The notes beneath the pieces are model-generated. The model had not been told where the DNA came from and did no database searches. It saw nothing but the letters and a program-made list of their open reading frames with translations. The translations under genes were made by a program, and so were the position numbers. A stretch of 64,000 nucleotides of DNA from Nitrospinales bacterium (GTDB taxonomy: Bacteria > Nitrospinota > Nitrospinia > Nitrospinales > VA-1), in NCBI GenBank assembly GCA_965223345.1, contig CBDCWG010000012.1, positions 3,264,001-3,328,000 of the forward strand, read 5' to 3'. The stretch's first letter is position 1. Each line of letters opens with the position of its first letter. Below, piece by piece: positions 27,252 through 37,539 of this stretch.

Positions 27252-27590
27252 TCAGCGGTTGAGATCTTTCAGCATGCCGGCGAGATTTTCGAGGGTGTCG
27301 CCCAGGTTGGGCGGAGCGACCGGCAGGCGGGCGTCATCGGAAGCGCTTCCTTCTTTTGGAACGGGCAGGACGTCGGTGCGGGAAACCGGCGCGACGCCGC
27401 CACGGAAGTAGCGGGCGAGCTGCGGGTATTTCTCCAGCCGCAGCCATTGCTTGCCGTTGGGGGAAATCTCATCGCCGGGCAACAGCTTGCCTTCGCGGAT
27501 GTAGGGCACCAGCAGTTTGACCGGAAACCGCGGGATCACCTTGCTGCCGCGGCGCAATCTGAGCGTGAGCGGCGGGGATTCTGATTTCAT
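27252..27590 (-). CDS. Hypothetical protein (GYF_2-like motif)
   Basis: IREGKLLPGDEISPNGKQWLRL...P.L; ATGA overlap with lgt. Confidence 0.6.
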   Translation of the reverse strand: MKSESPPLTLRLRRGSKVIPRFPVKLLVPYIREGKLLPGDEISPNGKQWLRLEKYPQLARYFRGGVAPVSRTDVLPVPKEGSASDDARLPVAPPNLGDTLENLAGMLKDLNR

Positions 27591-28360
27591 TTTGCAATCA
27601 GCGAATGGTTGCGGCGCATGAGGAAGAGCATGAAGATCGACACGACGAGCACGAACACGCCGATGAACTGCGAGGTGGACAGCACGCTCTCAACGGCGTA
27701 GCCGCGGTCGTCGCCGCGGAAGTATTCGATGATGAACCGGCCGATGGAATACAGCACGCCGTAGCTCCAGATGATCTGGCCGTCGAAGGATTTGCGTTTG
27801 CGCAGCCACATCAAAATGCCGAATATCACCAGGGCGTTGATGGAAAGGTAGATCTGCGTGGGATGCAGCGGAATCCCCAGGGGGGCCAGGGATTTGGGAT
27901 CGGTGAAGGTGATGGCCCAGGGGACGTCTGTCTTGACGCCGTAGCAGCAGCCCGCAAAAAAACAGCCCCACCGGCCGATGAACTGGCCGACGGCGAGGGA
28001 CGGCGCGAGGACGTCCGCCACTTTCCAGATCGGCATGGCCTTTTTGCGCATGTACAGATAGGAAACCACCACCGCCAGAATGAGGCCGCCGTAAAACACC
28101 AGCCCGCCTTTCCAGAACTTGAAGACATCCAGCGGGTTTTCGAGGAAGTAATCGTATTCGACGATGACATACAGCAGCCGCGCGCCCAGCAGGGACGAGA
28201 TCAGGATATAGAAACAGAGATCGATGATCTGTTGCGAGTCCAGGCCGTCTTTCTGCCCGAGCCGGGCCGCAAAAAAGATGGCCGCGAAAAATCCCGACGC
28301 CACCAGCAGGCCGTAGGTGAAAATCTTGACGAAGCCGAATTCAATGAGAACCGGATGCAT
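27587..28360 (-). CDS. lgt: Prolipoprotein diacylglyceryl transferase
   Basis: GGLVFYGG, IGRWGCF..GCCYG, HPTQIY and RFIIEYFRGD. Confidence 0.96.
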   Translation of the reverse strand: MHPVLIEFGFVKIFTYGLLVASGFFAAIFFAARLGQKDGLDSQQIIDLCFYILISSLLGARLLYVIVEYDYFLENPLDVFKFWKGGLVFYGGLILAVVVSYLYMRKKAMPIWKVADVLAPSLAVGQFIGRWGCFFAGCCYGVKTDVPWAITFTDPKSLAPLGIPLHPTQIYLSINALVIFGILMWLRKRKSFDGQIIWSYGVLYSIGRFIIEYFRGDDRGYAVESVLSTSQFIGVFVLVVSIFMLFLMRRNHSLIAK

Positions 28361-28375
28361 GGGGTTCCTTTTCGA

Positions 28376-28915
28376 TCATTTGGAGTCGGAAATTTCGTTG
28401 TTGAGAGGGTTTTCGGGCTCGTCCGGGGGAGCGTCCGGCTCCGGTTCCTGGCTGAAAAGATCCAGAATCATCAGAACCACACCGATGGAGATACAGGCGT
28501 CCGCCACGTTGAAGGCGGGAAAGTAATACTTATTATAATAGAACTGGAGAAAATCGATCACCTCTTTGTGCAGGATGCGGTCGATCATGTTGCCGACCGC
28601 ACCGCTGAAGATGAGGATCAGACCGATCTGCACCATGCGCTTCTCGCGGGGCGTCTGGTGAAAGATCACCAGAATGGCCACGATGGCGACCGAAGAGATC
28701 AGAACGAAAATCAGCGCCTTGTACTCGGATTCCTGATCCGCGAACAGCCCGAAGGCCACGCCGGGATTGCGGATGTGCACGAGGTTGAAAAAATTCTCGA
28801 TCACGTTGACCGAGTAAAACAGCGGCAGGTGCTTGATGATGAGAAACTTGGTGTACTGGTCCAGCAGGATCAGCGTGTTGGACATCAGCAGCAATTGCAG
28901 GTATTTATTTTTCAA
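28376..28915 (-). CDS. lspA: Lipoprotein signal peptidase II
   Basis: DQYTK, NPGVAFG, GAVGNMIDR, VIDF and FNVAD; TTG start. Confidence 0.96.
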   Translation of the reverse strand: MKNKYLQLLLMSNTLILLDQYTKFLIIKHLPLFYSVNVIENFFNLVHIRNPGVAFGLFADQESEYKALIFVLISSVAIVAILVIFHQTPREKRMVQIGLILIFSGAVGNMIDRILHKEVIDFLQFYYNKYYFPAFNVADACISIGVVLMILDLFSQEPEPDAPPDEPENPLNNEISDSK

Positions 28916-28921
28916 GATATT

Positions 28922-31726
28922 TTAGGCCGTTGCGGCTTCCAGGTTTTTGACACAGCGGGTGCAGATCGTCGGGTGCTCCTCCCCGTCCCGTACCTCGACA
29001 AAATAATTCCAGCAGCGCTCGCATTTTTGCCCCTGTATCGGCCGGGCTCCGATGCGCACGCCTTCGAGGGCCCCGCTTTCAAAGCTGCGAAGCCCGGAAT
29101 CCAGTTGCTCCACCACCTCGACATGCGAGACGATGAAGATGTATTTCAATTCGTCGAAATCGTTTTGCAAAACCTCGCGCAACGCCGGCGGCAGCACCAA
29201 GTGCACCTCGGCATCGAGCGAATGGCCGATCACTTTTTCCTGGCGGAACGCTTCCAGCGCCTTGCTCACCTCGCCCTTGAGATCCACCAGGAGCTCCCAT
29301 TTTTTCACGCTGGCGGCGTCCATCCGGTAGCCCGAGCTGTCGGGCAGCAGGCCCAGATGCACGCTTTTCTTTGAGTCTTCGCTTTCGGGCATGTACGACC
29401 AGACCTCTTCCGCCGTGAAACTCAGGATCGGCGCCATCAGGCGGGCCATGTCCGTGAGCAGGCAATACAACGCGGTCTGCCCGGAACGGCGGCCCTTTGA
29501 ATTCTTCGGGAAGGTGTAGAGCCGGTCCTTGATGATGTCCAGGTAAAACGCGCTCAGGTCCACGACGCAGAAATTGTTGAAGGCGTGGAAGAACACGTGG
29601 AATTCATACTTTTCGAACGCATCGGCGATCTTCTCGTTGAGCCTGCGGAACCGGTACAGGATGTAACGGTCGATTTCCGTCATGGCCTCGAACGGCACAG
29701 CGTCCCTGGCCGGATCGAAATCGCTGAGGTTGCCGAGCAGAAACCGGAAGGTGTTGCGGATCTTGCGGTACGCCTCGGTCAGCCGCTTGAGGATCTCCTG
29801 GGAAATGCGGATGTCCTCGCGGTAATTTTCCGACGCCACCCAGAGTCTCAGGATCTCGGCGCCGAACTGATCGATGATCTTCTGCGGCGCGATCACGTTG
29901 CCGGCGGATTTGGACATCTTCTTACCCTTACCGTCCACCACGTAACCGTGGGTGAGCACGGTTTTGTAGGGCGCTTGCTTACGCGTGCCGATGGATTCCA
30001 GCAGCGAGCTGTGAAACCAGCCGCGGTGCTGGTCGCTGCCTTCGAGATACAGATCGGCGGGCCATTGCAGGCTCGGGTCGGTTTCCAGCACGGCGGCGTG
30101 GCTGACGCCGGAATCGAACCAGACATCGAGGATGTCGTTTTCCTTGACGAAGGAGTCCACGGAAGCGCCGCAGGAACATTTGAGGTCCGGCGGCAGCAGG
30201 TCTTTCGTGTCCTTGTCGAACCAGTGATCGGCGCCGTGCTTTTCGACTAGGGCGACGATGTGATCGAACACCTCGACCGAGCGCAGCGTCTCGCCGCAGG
30301 CCGTGCAGGAAAACACGGTGATGGGCACGCCCCAGGCCCGCTGGCGCGACACGCACCAGTCCGGCCGGTTTTCCACCATGCTGTAGATGCGCTCCTCGCC
30401 CCACGGGGGCACCCACTGCACGTTGCGGATGGCGTCGAGCGCGTTTTTGCGCAGATCGTTGGTCTCCATGCAGATGAACCACTGGTTGGTCGCCCGGAAA
30501 ATGATGGGCTGACGGCAGCGCCAGCAGTGCGGGTACGAATGCTTGATGGTTTCCTGATGAATCAGGACGCCCAACTCCTGCAGTTTCTCGATGATCGACG
30601 GGTTGGCCTTGGTCACGAACTGGCCGGCGAAAAATTCCACGTCGTCCTTGAAGACGCCGCCGTCGTCCACCGGGTTGTAGGTGTCGAGGCCGTATTTCTG
30701 CCCCACCACGTAGTCGTCCTGACCGTGGCCGGGAGCGGTGTGCACGCAACCGGTGCCCTGCTCCAGCGTCACGTGCTCGCCCAGGATCACTTTGGAGTCC
30801 CGCTCGAGGAAGGGATGCCGGCAGACGACGCCTTCCAGGTCTTTGCCTTTCGCTTTGCCGACCACCTTGTGGTCCTTGACGTCCCATTCGGCAAGCAGCG
30901 CCGGCAGCCGGTCCTCCGCGACGATCAGGTTGTTGCCGTCGATGGCCACGGCCACGTAGTCAAAATCCGGATGCAGGCAGACGGCCAGGTTCGCGGGCAG
31001 GGTCCAGGGCGTGGTGGTCCAGATGACGCAGGCGGTGTTGGCGGGATCCAGATCCTGCATGCCGCCTTTCAGCTTCGACGCCACCGGAAACTTCACATAG
31101 ATGGACGGGGATTTGTGGTCGGCGTATTCCACTTCCGCTTCGGCGAGCGCGGTCCGGCACGTGGTGCACCAGTGCACCGGCTTCAGGCCGCGGTACACCA
31201 GCCCCGACTGCACGCACTTGGAAAACTCGCGCACGATGGTGGCCTCATAGCCATAGTCCATGGTCAGGTAGGGGCGGTGCCAGTCGGCGAACACGCCGAG
31301 CCGGATGAACTCTTCCCTCTGAATGTCCACGAATTTATCCGCGTAGACCCGGCACAGTTTGCGGATCTCCTGCTTGCTCGGCGTGAGCTTTTTCTGCCGC
31401 TGCTCCTTGGCCACCTGATGCTCGATCGGCAGCCCGTGACAGTCCCAGCCCGGAACGAAGGTCGCATCGAAACCCTGCATGGTCTTGATGCGGACGATGA
31501 AGTCCTTGAGAATCTTGTTGAGCGCGTGCCCCATGTGGATGTGGCCGTTGGCGTAGGGCGGGCCGTCGTGGAACACGTACTTGGGGCGGCCGGCGGACTG
31601 GCTGCGGATCTGCCCGTACAGGTCCTCGGATTTCCAGCGGGCGAGGATTTCCGGCTCGCGCTGGGTGAGGTTGGCCTTCATGGGAAAGTCGGTCTGCGGA
31701 AGATTGAGCGTTTCTTTGTAATCCAT
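28922..31726 (-). CDS. ileS: Isoleucine--tRNA ligase (type 1)
   Basis: DGPPYANG.IHMGH, WTTTPWT, EGSDQHRGWF, KMSKS and C-terminal CERC...CTRC zinc finger. Confidence 0.98.
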   Translation of the reverse strand: MDYKETLNLPQTDFPMKANLTQREPEILARWKSEDLYGQIRSQSAGRPKYVFHDGPPYANGHIHMGHALNKILKDFIVRIKTMQGFDATFVPGWDCHGLPIEHQVAKEQRQKKLTPSKQEIRKLCRVYADKFVDIQREEFIRLGVFADWHRPYLTMDYGYEATIVREFSKCVQSGLVYRGLKPVHWCTTCRTALAEAEVEYADHKSPSIYVKFPVASKLKGGMQDLDPANTACVIWTTTPWTLPANLAVCLHPDFDYVAVAIDGNNLIVAEDRLPALLAEWDVKDHKVVGKAKGKDLEGVVCRHPFLERDSKVILGEHVTLEQGTGCVHTAPGHGQDDYVVGQKYGLDTYNPVDDGGVFKDDVEFFAGQFVTKANPSIIEKLQELGVLIHQETIKHSYPHCWRCRQPIIFRATNQWFICMETNDLRKNALDAIRNVQWVPPWGEERIYSMVENRPDWCVSRQRAWGVPITVFSCTACGETLRSVEVFDHIVALVEKHGADHWFDKDTKDLLPPDLKCSCGASVDSFVKENDILDVWFDSGVSHAAVLETDPSLQWPADLYLEGSDQHRGWFHSSLLESIGTRKQAPYKTVLTHGYVVDGKGKKMSKSAGNVIAPQKIIDQFGAEILRLWVASENYREDIRISQEILKRLTEAYRKIRNTFRFLLGNLSDFDPARDAVPFEAMTEIDRYILYRFRRLNEKIADAFEKYEFHVFFHAFNNFCVVDLSAFYLDIIKDRLYTFPKNSKGRRSGQTALYCLLTDMARLMAPILSFTAEEVWSYMPESEDSKKSVHLGLLPDSSGYRMDAASVKKWELLVDLKGEVSKALEAFRQEKVIGHSLDAEVHLVLPPALREVLQNDFDELKYIFIVSHVEVVEQLDSGLRSFESGALEGVRIGARPIQGQKCERCWNYFVEVRDGEEHPTICTRCVKNLEAATA

Positions 31727-31808
31727 TCTCTTATTCGGTCCGATCTCTGTTGCTGGATGATTCTCAATACCGTCATCGCCGCACTTCAGGGGTGCGGCCG
31801 ATTTGATT

Positions 31809-32795
31809 TTACAGTTTCATGGCGGCCTTCGCCTCCGCCAGGGTGCGGTTGGCGACGCGTTCGGCCTTTTTGTTGCCCTCTTCCAGGATCTCCCGCACCT
31901 GTTTGGGTTTGGCGGCGATCTCCTGGCGCTTTTCCATCATCGGCCGCATGACGGCGATCATGGAATCGGCGAGCTTCAGTTTGCAGTCGCCGCAGCCGAT
32001 CGTGGCGTTGCGGCAGGCGGGGATGATCTCCTCCTGCATTTCTTTCGGCGAATACAGCTTGTGAAACGGAAACAGGTTGCAGTCGTCGGGCTCACCGGGG
32101 TCCTCGCGCCGCGCCCGCTTGGGATCGGTGAGCATGGACTGCACTTTCTTGCGGATCTGTTTTTCCGTATCGCTCAGATTGATGGTGTTGTTGTAGCTTT
32201 TGCTCATCTTGCGGCCGTCGATGCCGTTGAGCTTGGGAATCTCGGATATCTTCGCGGCGGGCTCGACGAACACCTTCTTCTTGTACAGGTCGTGAAAGCG
32301 GCGCACGATCTCGCGCGACAGCTCCAGGTGCGGCGCCTGATCGATGCCCACCGGCACGAAATCCGCCTTGTACAGCACGATGTCCGCGGTCTGCAGCACG
32401 GGATAGCCCAGAAACCCGTAGGAGTTCATGTCCACCCCCTTCACCTCCACCTGCTTTTCCTTGTAGGTGGGGTTGCGCTCCAGCCAGGGAACCGGGACGA
32501 TCATCGACAGGATCAGGTGCAGCTCCGCATGCGCGGGGATTTTGGACTGCACGAACAGCACGCATTTTTCCGGGTCGAGGCCGGAGCTGAGCCAGTCCAC
32601 CGCCACTTCGTGGGCGTAGGTTTTGATGAGATGCGGATCCTTGTACAGCGTGGTCAACGGGTGCCAGTCGGCGATGAAATAGTAGCACTCGAAGTCGTCC
32701 TGCAGCGCGATCCAGTTTTTCAGGGCTCCGTAGTAATTTCCCAGATGCAGGGGGCCCGTCGCCTGCATGCCGCTCAGTATCCGCTTTTTCTTCAT
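31809..32795 (-). CDS. trpS: Tryptophan--tRNA ligase
   Basis: HLGNY, YPVLQTADI, VPVGIDQ and KMSKS. Confidence 0.98.
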   Translation of the reverse strand: MKKKRILSGMQATGPLHLGNYYGALKNWIALQDDFECYYFIADWHPLTTLYKDPHLIKTYAHEVAVDWLSSGLDPEKCVLFVQSKIPAHAELHLILSMIVPVPWLERNPTYKEKQVEVKGVDMNSYGFLGYPVLQTADIVLYKADFVPVGIDQAPHLELSREIVRRFHDLYKKKVFVEPAAKISEIPKLNGIDGRKMSKSYNNTINLSDTEKQIRKKVQSMLTDPKRARREDPGEPDDCNLFPFHKLYSPKEMQEEIIPACRNATIGCGDCKLKLADSMIAVMRPMMEKRQEIAAKPKQVREILEEGNKKAERVANRTLAEAKAAMKL

Positions 32796-32804
32796 CGATT
32801 CATT

Positions 32805-33473
32805 CTACCGCGCAAAAGCCGTCATCAAAACCTGAGCCAGGTAGGGATAGGCTTCCTGGGTCAGGTGAAACACCGCAAAATTGATCGGCGTGAGGAGCAC
32901 AGCCTGCAGAATACCGGTGTGTGCGAAATTATCCAGCAAAACCACGCCCAGGATCAAAAAAGCCCCGTAGCGGTCGAATTTGGACAGGGCCATCGCCGTC
33001 TTGAAGGGCACCAGTCCTTTTAGCACGCTGCCGCCGTCCAGCGGGGCGATGGGAAGCATGTTGAAAATGGCCAGACCGACGTTGATGAACACGCCGAAAC
33101 TCAACAGGACGAACAGGATCAGGTTGTCCTGCGGCGCGATGAAGCGGATCAGAAAACCGCACACGACAGCCATCGCCACATTCGACAGAGGACCGGCGAG
33201 CGCCACGAACATCATGTCCTTGCGCGGGTTCTGGAAATTGCGCCAATCGACGGGGACGGGCTTCGCCCAGCCGACGCCGACAATAAAGAAAAACAACGCT
33301 CCCAGAATGTCCAGGTGCCGTATCGGGTTGAACGACAGGCGTCCCAGCCGCTTGGCGGTGTCGTCGCCCAATAGGTACGCCACCTTGCCGTGCGAATATT
33401 CGTGCACGGTGAGGGAAAACAGCACCACCGGCGTCATCAGGATCAGAAAAAAGGTTTTATTCGAAAATTCCAC
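32805..33473 (-). CDS. Site-2 protease (M50 zinc metalloprotease)
   Basis: HEYSH, AGPLSN and FNMLPIAPLDG. Confidence 0.95.
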   Translation of the reverse strand: MEFSNKTFFLILMTPVVLFSLTVHEYSHGKVAYLLGDDTAKRLGRLSFNPIRHLDILGALFFFIVGVGWAKPVPVDWRNFQNPRKDMMFVALAGPLSNVAMAVVCGFLIRFIAPQDNLILFVLLSFGVFINVGLAIFNMLPIAPLDGGSVLKGLVPFKTAMALSKFDRYGAFLILGVVLLDNFAHTGILQAVLLTPINFAVFHLTQEAYPYLAQVLMTAFAR

Positions 33474-33726
33474 TGTCTGTCAAAATATCTGCAAAACGCC
33501 TCACGCCTTCACGCCGGCCCCGCATTCTTGGGGACATCCGGCCTCAGCGATGCGGCGTCCTTGCCATTTCAGAAAATTTCGGGATTCACGGGTTGCAGTA
33601 CACGTCGATGGTGGGCCAAAGACGGGTGAGGAATTGAATTTTTCTCGATGAAACTGCGACCGCTCCTTATTTTATCGCAAATCCCTGTTTTTTCATAACT
33701 CTTTAAACTTCCAGTAAATGAAGTGG

Positions 33727-34509
33727 TTAACCCGCATGCGCCGGAGGTTGCCCGTCATCCGGCTCGCGGGTTTTGGCGTATTTCAGGTAGGTGTAAAACG
33801 CCATCGACAGCGCCAGAAACGCCCCGAGAAATCCCTCGCGGAACCCCTGGCGAAACAGGAAATTCTTGATGAACACCCACGGAGGGCGCAGATAGAGATG
33901 GGTCCATCCGGCGCGGAAGCCGGTTCTGGCTTTCTCCGCGGCGAATAAAGAGGAATAGCGGTTCTGCCGCGCGATGTAGTCCTCCATGCCGGAAAACGAA
34001 TGATGCAGCAGCGGTTCGGCAAGGTCGCCGCAGCCGGTCAAAGGGTGCAGTTTTTCATGCACGGCGGTTTCCCGAAAGGCAACGCGGTCCTTGTCGTAAA
34101 GCCGGGCGATCCTGTCGGGATACCAGCCGCCGAACCGGACCCAGCGGCCGGCGAAAAAATTCTTGCGCGGAAACCGGTACACCGGATGTTTGGGTCCCGC
34201 TTCGAGCGTCTTTCGGATTGCCTCGGCCCCGGCTGCGGAAACTTCTTCATCCGCATCGAGGTTCAGGACCCAGCGATGACGCGCGCGGGCGGCGCAGAGG
34301 TTTTTCTGTTTCCCGTATCCCTGCCAGGGTTCCTGAAACACGTTTTCGGTGAAACGGCGGCAGATCTGCACGGTGTCGTCGGTGCTGAAGCTGTCGAGCA
34401 CCACGATTTCATCGGCCCATTCCACGCTTTTGAGGCAGCGCTCGATGTTGGATGCCTCGTTGAATGTGATGACGGTCACGGAAAGTTTTTCCATCGGCGG
34501 CGGGGCCAT
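33727..34509 (-). CDS. GT2 glycosyltransferase (KdtX/WaaE-like LPS glucosyltransferase family)
   Basis: LSVTVITFNE, VLDSFSTD, LDADE, GGWYPD and VHE. Confidence 0.9.
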   Translation of the reverse strand: MAPPPMEKLSVTVITFNEASNIERCLKSVEWADEIVVLDSFSTDDTVQICRRFTENVFQEPWQGYGKQKNLCAARARHRWVLNLDADEEVSAAGAEAIRKTLEAGPKHPVYRFPRKNFFAGRWVRFGGWYPDRIARLYDKDRVAFRETAVHEKLHPLTGCGDLAEPLLHHSFSGMEDYIARQNRYSSLFAAEKARTGFRAGWTHLYLRPPWVFIKNFLFRQGFREGFLGAFLALSMAFYTYLKYAKTREPDDGQPPAHAG

Positions 34510-34927
34510 CTCCTGGATCGGGATCGCAATGCATTTGGAATTTGCATGCCGTTTGCATAAAAGCAGCGCAGATTATAACATCGAAGCGTCCCGCTTCCAG
34601 TTCCATATTCTTGTCATTCAAGGACTAACGTTGTGAACGCCGCAAGCCGGTCACACTTGTGGGCCGAATGCGCCATTAAAAAAACTCGGCGGCGATGAAA
34701 CGATAAGGGATTGGTATTCAGGAATTTGCAAGAATGTGTTAAGATAATGTTCTGATTTTAGGGGACATAGAAACGGGATCGTTGCCCGAAGCATCGAGGG
34801 CTTGAGGAAGCCGCGCGCTTTCGTGAGTTTTCCTTGCTCGCGGGTGTCCGGTCATTCATCGACCACCCTTTGCGAAACCGCGATCCAGAGCTGCCTTGGC
34901 CTGCGGGATCCGGTTCGAGCCATCGCC

Positions 34928-37492
34928 ATGATCGAAAACTTCTTCCAATCCGCCAAAGAAAACGTTCTGCAATTCTGGAACCAGGTGCAGCCTCTGTTCG
35001 ATTTCGAGAACAACCGGTTCCTGGAAGGGATTCAACCCTTGCTGTCGAAGGCCATGGAAAATCCTCTGGCCACGGGCATCGCCGCCCTGGCTCTGATTGG
35101 AATTCCGTATACCCTGACAAAAATCCGCAAAACCAATACGGAAGCGGGCAAAAGGCTGGATAAGCTGATCGAGGAGCTGGAAGAGTTCGAAGGCGTGCAG
35201 GCGTCCCTCAAGGAAAAAGCGCAGTCCGAGGCTGAAGAGGCCCCAGCGATGCAGCAGGACGCGCCGCCGTCGATCGAACAGGAGTCGGCGGAACCTGAAC
35301 CGGACGCAGCAGAGCAATTGGAAACGACGTTCGAAGAAGCACCGGATGAAAAACCGGTGGAAGCCATGCCCGAGGAAAACCCTGTTGAAGCGGAAGCGGC
35401 GCATGAAGAATTCGAGGCGGAACCAGAACCCGAAAAACCCGCTGAGCAAAAAGCGGCGACCCTTATTACGCCGCTGATGTCCGCGGCTTCGTCCTTCGCG
35501 GAGCCCCCTCAGCAAGAGGAAGCCGGCCCTCCCGAACCGCAGCCTGAAGCCGCCGGATTGAGCGAAGACGCTGTGGATTTCGAGCAACCGCTGAACCTGT
35601 CCATGAGACCGAAAGAGGATGTGGACCTCGACCTCAGCGATGCGATGGCGGAAGAGCATGACTGGGCCAGGATCAGCAATCCGACGGTGGCGCCGCTGCG
35701 CGAGGAGGATTTCGATCCGGACGATTTCGAAAAATTTCAACAGCAGATGGAGCAGACCATCCGGAAAATCTCGGAGAGCATCCCGGAAGAAGGGGAACCG
35801 GCGATCCCGGAACTGGACGCAATCGACGAACCGCTGCCTGCCGAGCCCGAAACGGTTGCCGCCGGCCACGAGGACACGGTGGAAATCGAAGAACCACCCT
35901 CGCTGGAAAAAGAGGACGCCATTCTGATGGACGCTGTGGATGAGCCCGCTCTATTGGAAACGTCGGAACCCGCAGACGAAACCTGGTTCACCGACCGGTC
36001 TCTCGAGGAGACGACGCAGGAGATCGAAGCTTCCATCGAAGACGCTGTGGAGCAGATGGAAGAAGATTCCGAGCTCGAAACGGTGGATGCCGCGAGCGAG
36101 GCCCCCGAGGTGGATGCGAGCGCGTCTCCGGAGACGCAGGAAAACGAATTCGTTTTGAACATCGAGGATGAGACGGAAGCAGACCCGCACGCGCCGGAGC
36201 TGGACGATCTGGTCGAAGCGCTGATCCTCAAAGACAGGGAAATCACCACCGGTTTCTCCATCGACGACGCTGCGGAACCGCTAGCGGCCGATTCGGAAAG
36301 CGGGGCGGCGCTCGAAGCCAGCGAGACACAGCAGGAAGACGGATTCATCCTGAATATCGAGGATGCGGCGGCGGATGAAGAACGGGCGCACGAACTGGAT
36401 GATCTAGCGGAAGCCCTGACTCTGGAGAGCACGGAAACCGCCGAAGAGCCTGCGACGGAGGACACCGCACTCTCAGCCGCAGAATATCTCGACACCGCAC
36501 CTTCACTGGAAGACAGCGAAGCCGCTGCGGATGCCGAAAGCGATGAGACCGAAGCCGTGGAAGAACCGGCTGTGGCCGAACTGGACCTTGCCACAGCGGA
36601 AGCGGAAGACGCCTCCGATCTGTTTGAGGATGCCGTAACGCAAGCCGCCCTGGATGCGCATCTCGAAGAACCTCAGGATGTGTTTGCCGACAGCGCCAAG
36701 GATTTTGAAGCCATCCAGATGGAAATCGAAAAGACCATCGAAAACGTTTCCAGCGAGTTGGCGGCGCAACCCGACGTCGATCCCTTGTCCTTTGAAACCG
36801 CCGAAGAGCCGGCGGCATCCGAGGAACCGGTGGAATCCACGGATGCGATCTCGATGGAGGCCGCCGAGGAAACAGGGCCGGAAACCGCGCAGGCTGCAGC
36901 CGAAGCGCCTTCGCGGGATTTTTTCGATGGCGAGGACCTGTTCGATGTGAAGGGCCTGGAGGATATCCAGTCGGAGATCGAAAAGACCATCCAGAAGATC
37001 TCCGAAGATCTGCCGTCTGTATCCGCGGAAGAGGAAACCGTGTTCCCGAAAGTCGAAATGGAAGCGGACTCCGCTCCTGAGGCTGAGGAGATGCAGGAAG
37101 CGCTGGAGCCGCAGCCCGAGGAAGAACCGGCGACCTCTGCCGCCGCGCCTGAATTTTTCCCCTCGATTCAACCGTTGACCGAGGAAATCGATGACGCGCA
37201 AACGGACGACAAGAAGAACGCCGCATCGAAGAACGAAATTTTGATCAACCGGCTGGCCACGTTTCAGGACCTTCTGGTGAAACGATTCCAGGATGAGGAC
37301 ACGGATCTCGCGAACCGTCTGGAAGATCCCAACCTTGAAGTCTACTCGGCGGATGAGGTCAACCTCAAACCCACCGGGGTCGATTCCCCGGACCCGGAAA
37401 AAGACCTGGATGAAAATTTCCTGGATTTGCTGGAATCGCTGGTCATCTTGAAGGACCAGAACAACCGGAATGACCGTATTCAAGCGCCCTGA
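34928..37492 (+). CDS. Very acidic, low-complexity membrane-anchored protein with internal repeats
   Basis: One TM segment (PLATGIAALALIGIPYTL) followed by about 790 Glu/Asp/Ala/Pro-rich residues; start placed at ATG 34928. Confidence 0.8.
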   Translation: MIENFFQSAKENVLQFWNQVQPLFDFENNRFLEGIQPLLSKAMENPLATGIAALALIGIPYTLTKIRKTNTEAGKRLDKLIEELEEFEGVQASLKEKAQSEAEEAPAMQQDAPPSIEQESAEPEPDAAEQLETTFEEAPDEKPVEAMPEENPVEAEAAHEEFEAEPEPEKPAEQKAATLITPLMSAASSFAEPPQQEEAGPPEPQPEAAGLSEDAVDFEQPLNLSMRPKEDVDLDLSDAMAEEHDWARISNPTVAPLREEDFDPDDFEKFQQQMEQTIRKISESIPEEGEPAIPELDAIDEPLPAEPETVAAGHEDTVEIEEPPSLEKEDAILMDAVDEPALLETSEPADETWFTDRSLEETTQEIEASIEDAVEQMEEDSELETVDAASEAPEVDASASPETQENEFVLNIEDETEADPHAPELDDLVEALILKDREITTGFSIDDAAEPLAADSESGAALEASETQQEDGFILNIEDAAADEERAHELDDLAEALTLESTETAEEPATEDTALSAAEYLDTAPSLEDSEAAADAESDETEAVEEPAVAELDLATAEAEDASDLFEDAVTQAALDAHLEEPQDVFADSAKDFEAIQMEIEKTIENVSSELAAQPDVDPLSFETAEEPAASEEPVESTDAISMEAAEETGPETAQAAAEAPSRDFFDGEDLFDVKGLEDIQSEIEKTIQKISEDLPSVSAEEETVFPKVEMEADSAPEAEEMQEALEPQPEEEPATSAAAPEFFPSIQPLTEEIDDAQTDDKKNAASKNEILINRLATFQDLLVKRFQDEDTDLANRLEDPNLEVYSADEVNLKPTGVDSPDPEKDLDENFLDLLESLVILKDQNNRNDRIQAP

Positions 37493-37539
37493 AGCTCTGC
37501 ATCGATTCGACACCGCGACTTTGAAAGGTCGCCTCCGGC

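Noticed and set aside
31727..31808. T-box or attenuator upstream of ileS
   Set aside because: The trpS-ileS gap is only about 80 nt and I saw no T-box consensus or terminator there or upstream of trpS.
27605..33023. Long plus-strand ORFs (589, 563 and 406 aa) opposite lgt-lspA-ileS-trpS, and similar antisense ORFs elsewhere
   Set aside because: They are antisense shadows of well-supported genes, expected in GC-rich DNA, and carry no recognisable motifs.
34540..34560. Sigma54 promoter TTGCATGCCGTTTGCA
   Set aside because: It lacks the invariant GG at -24.
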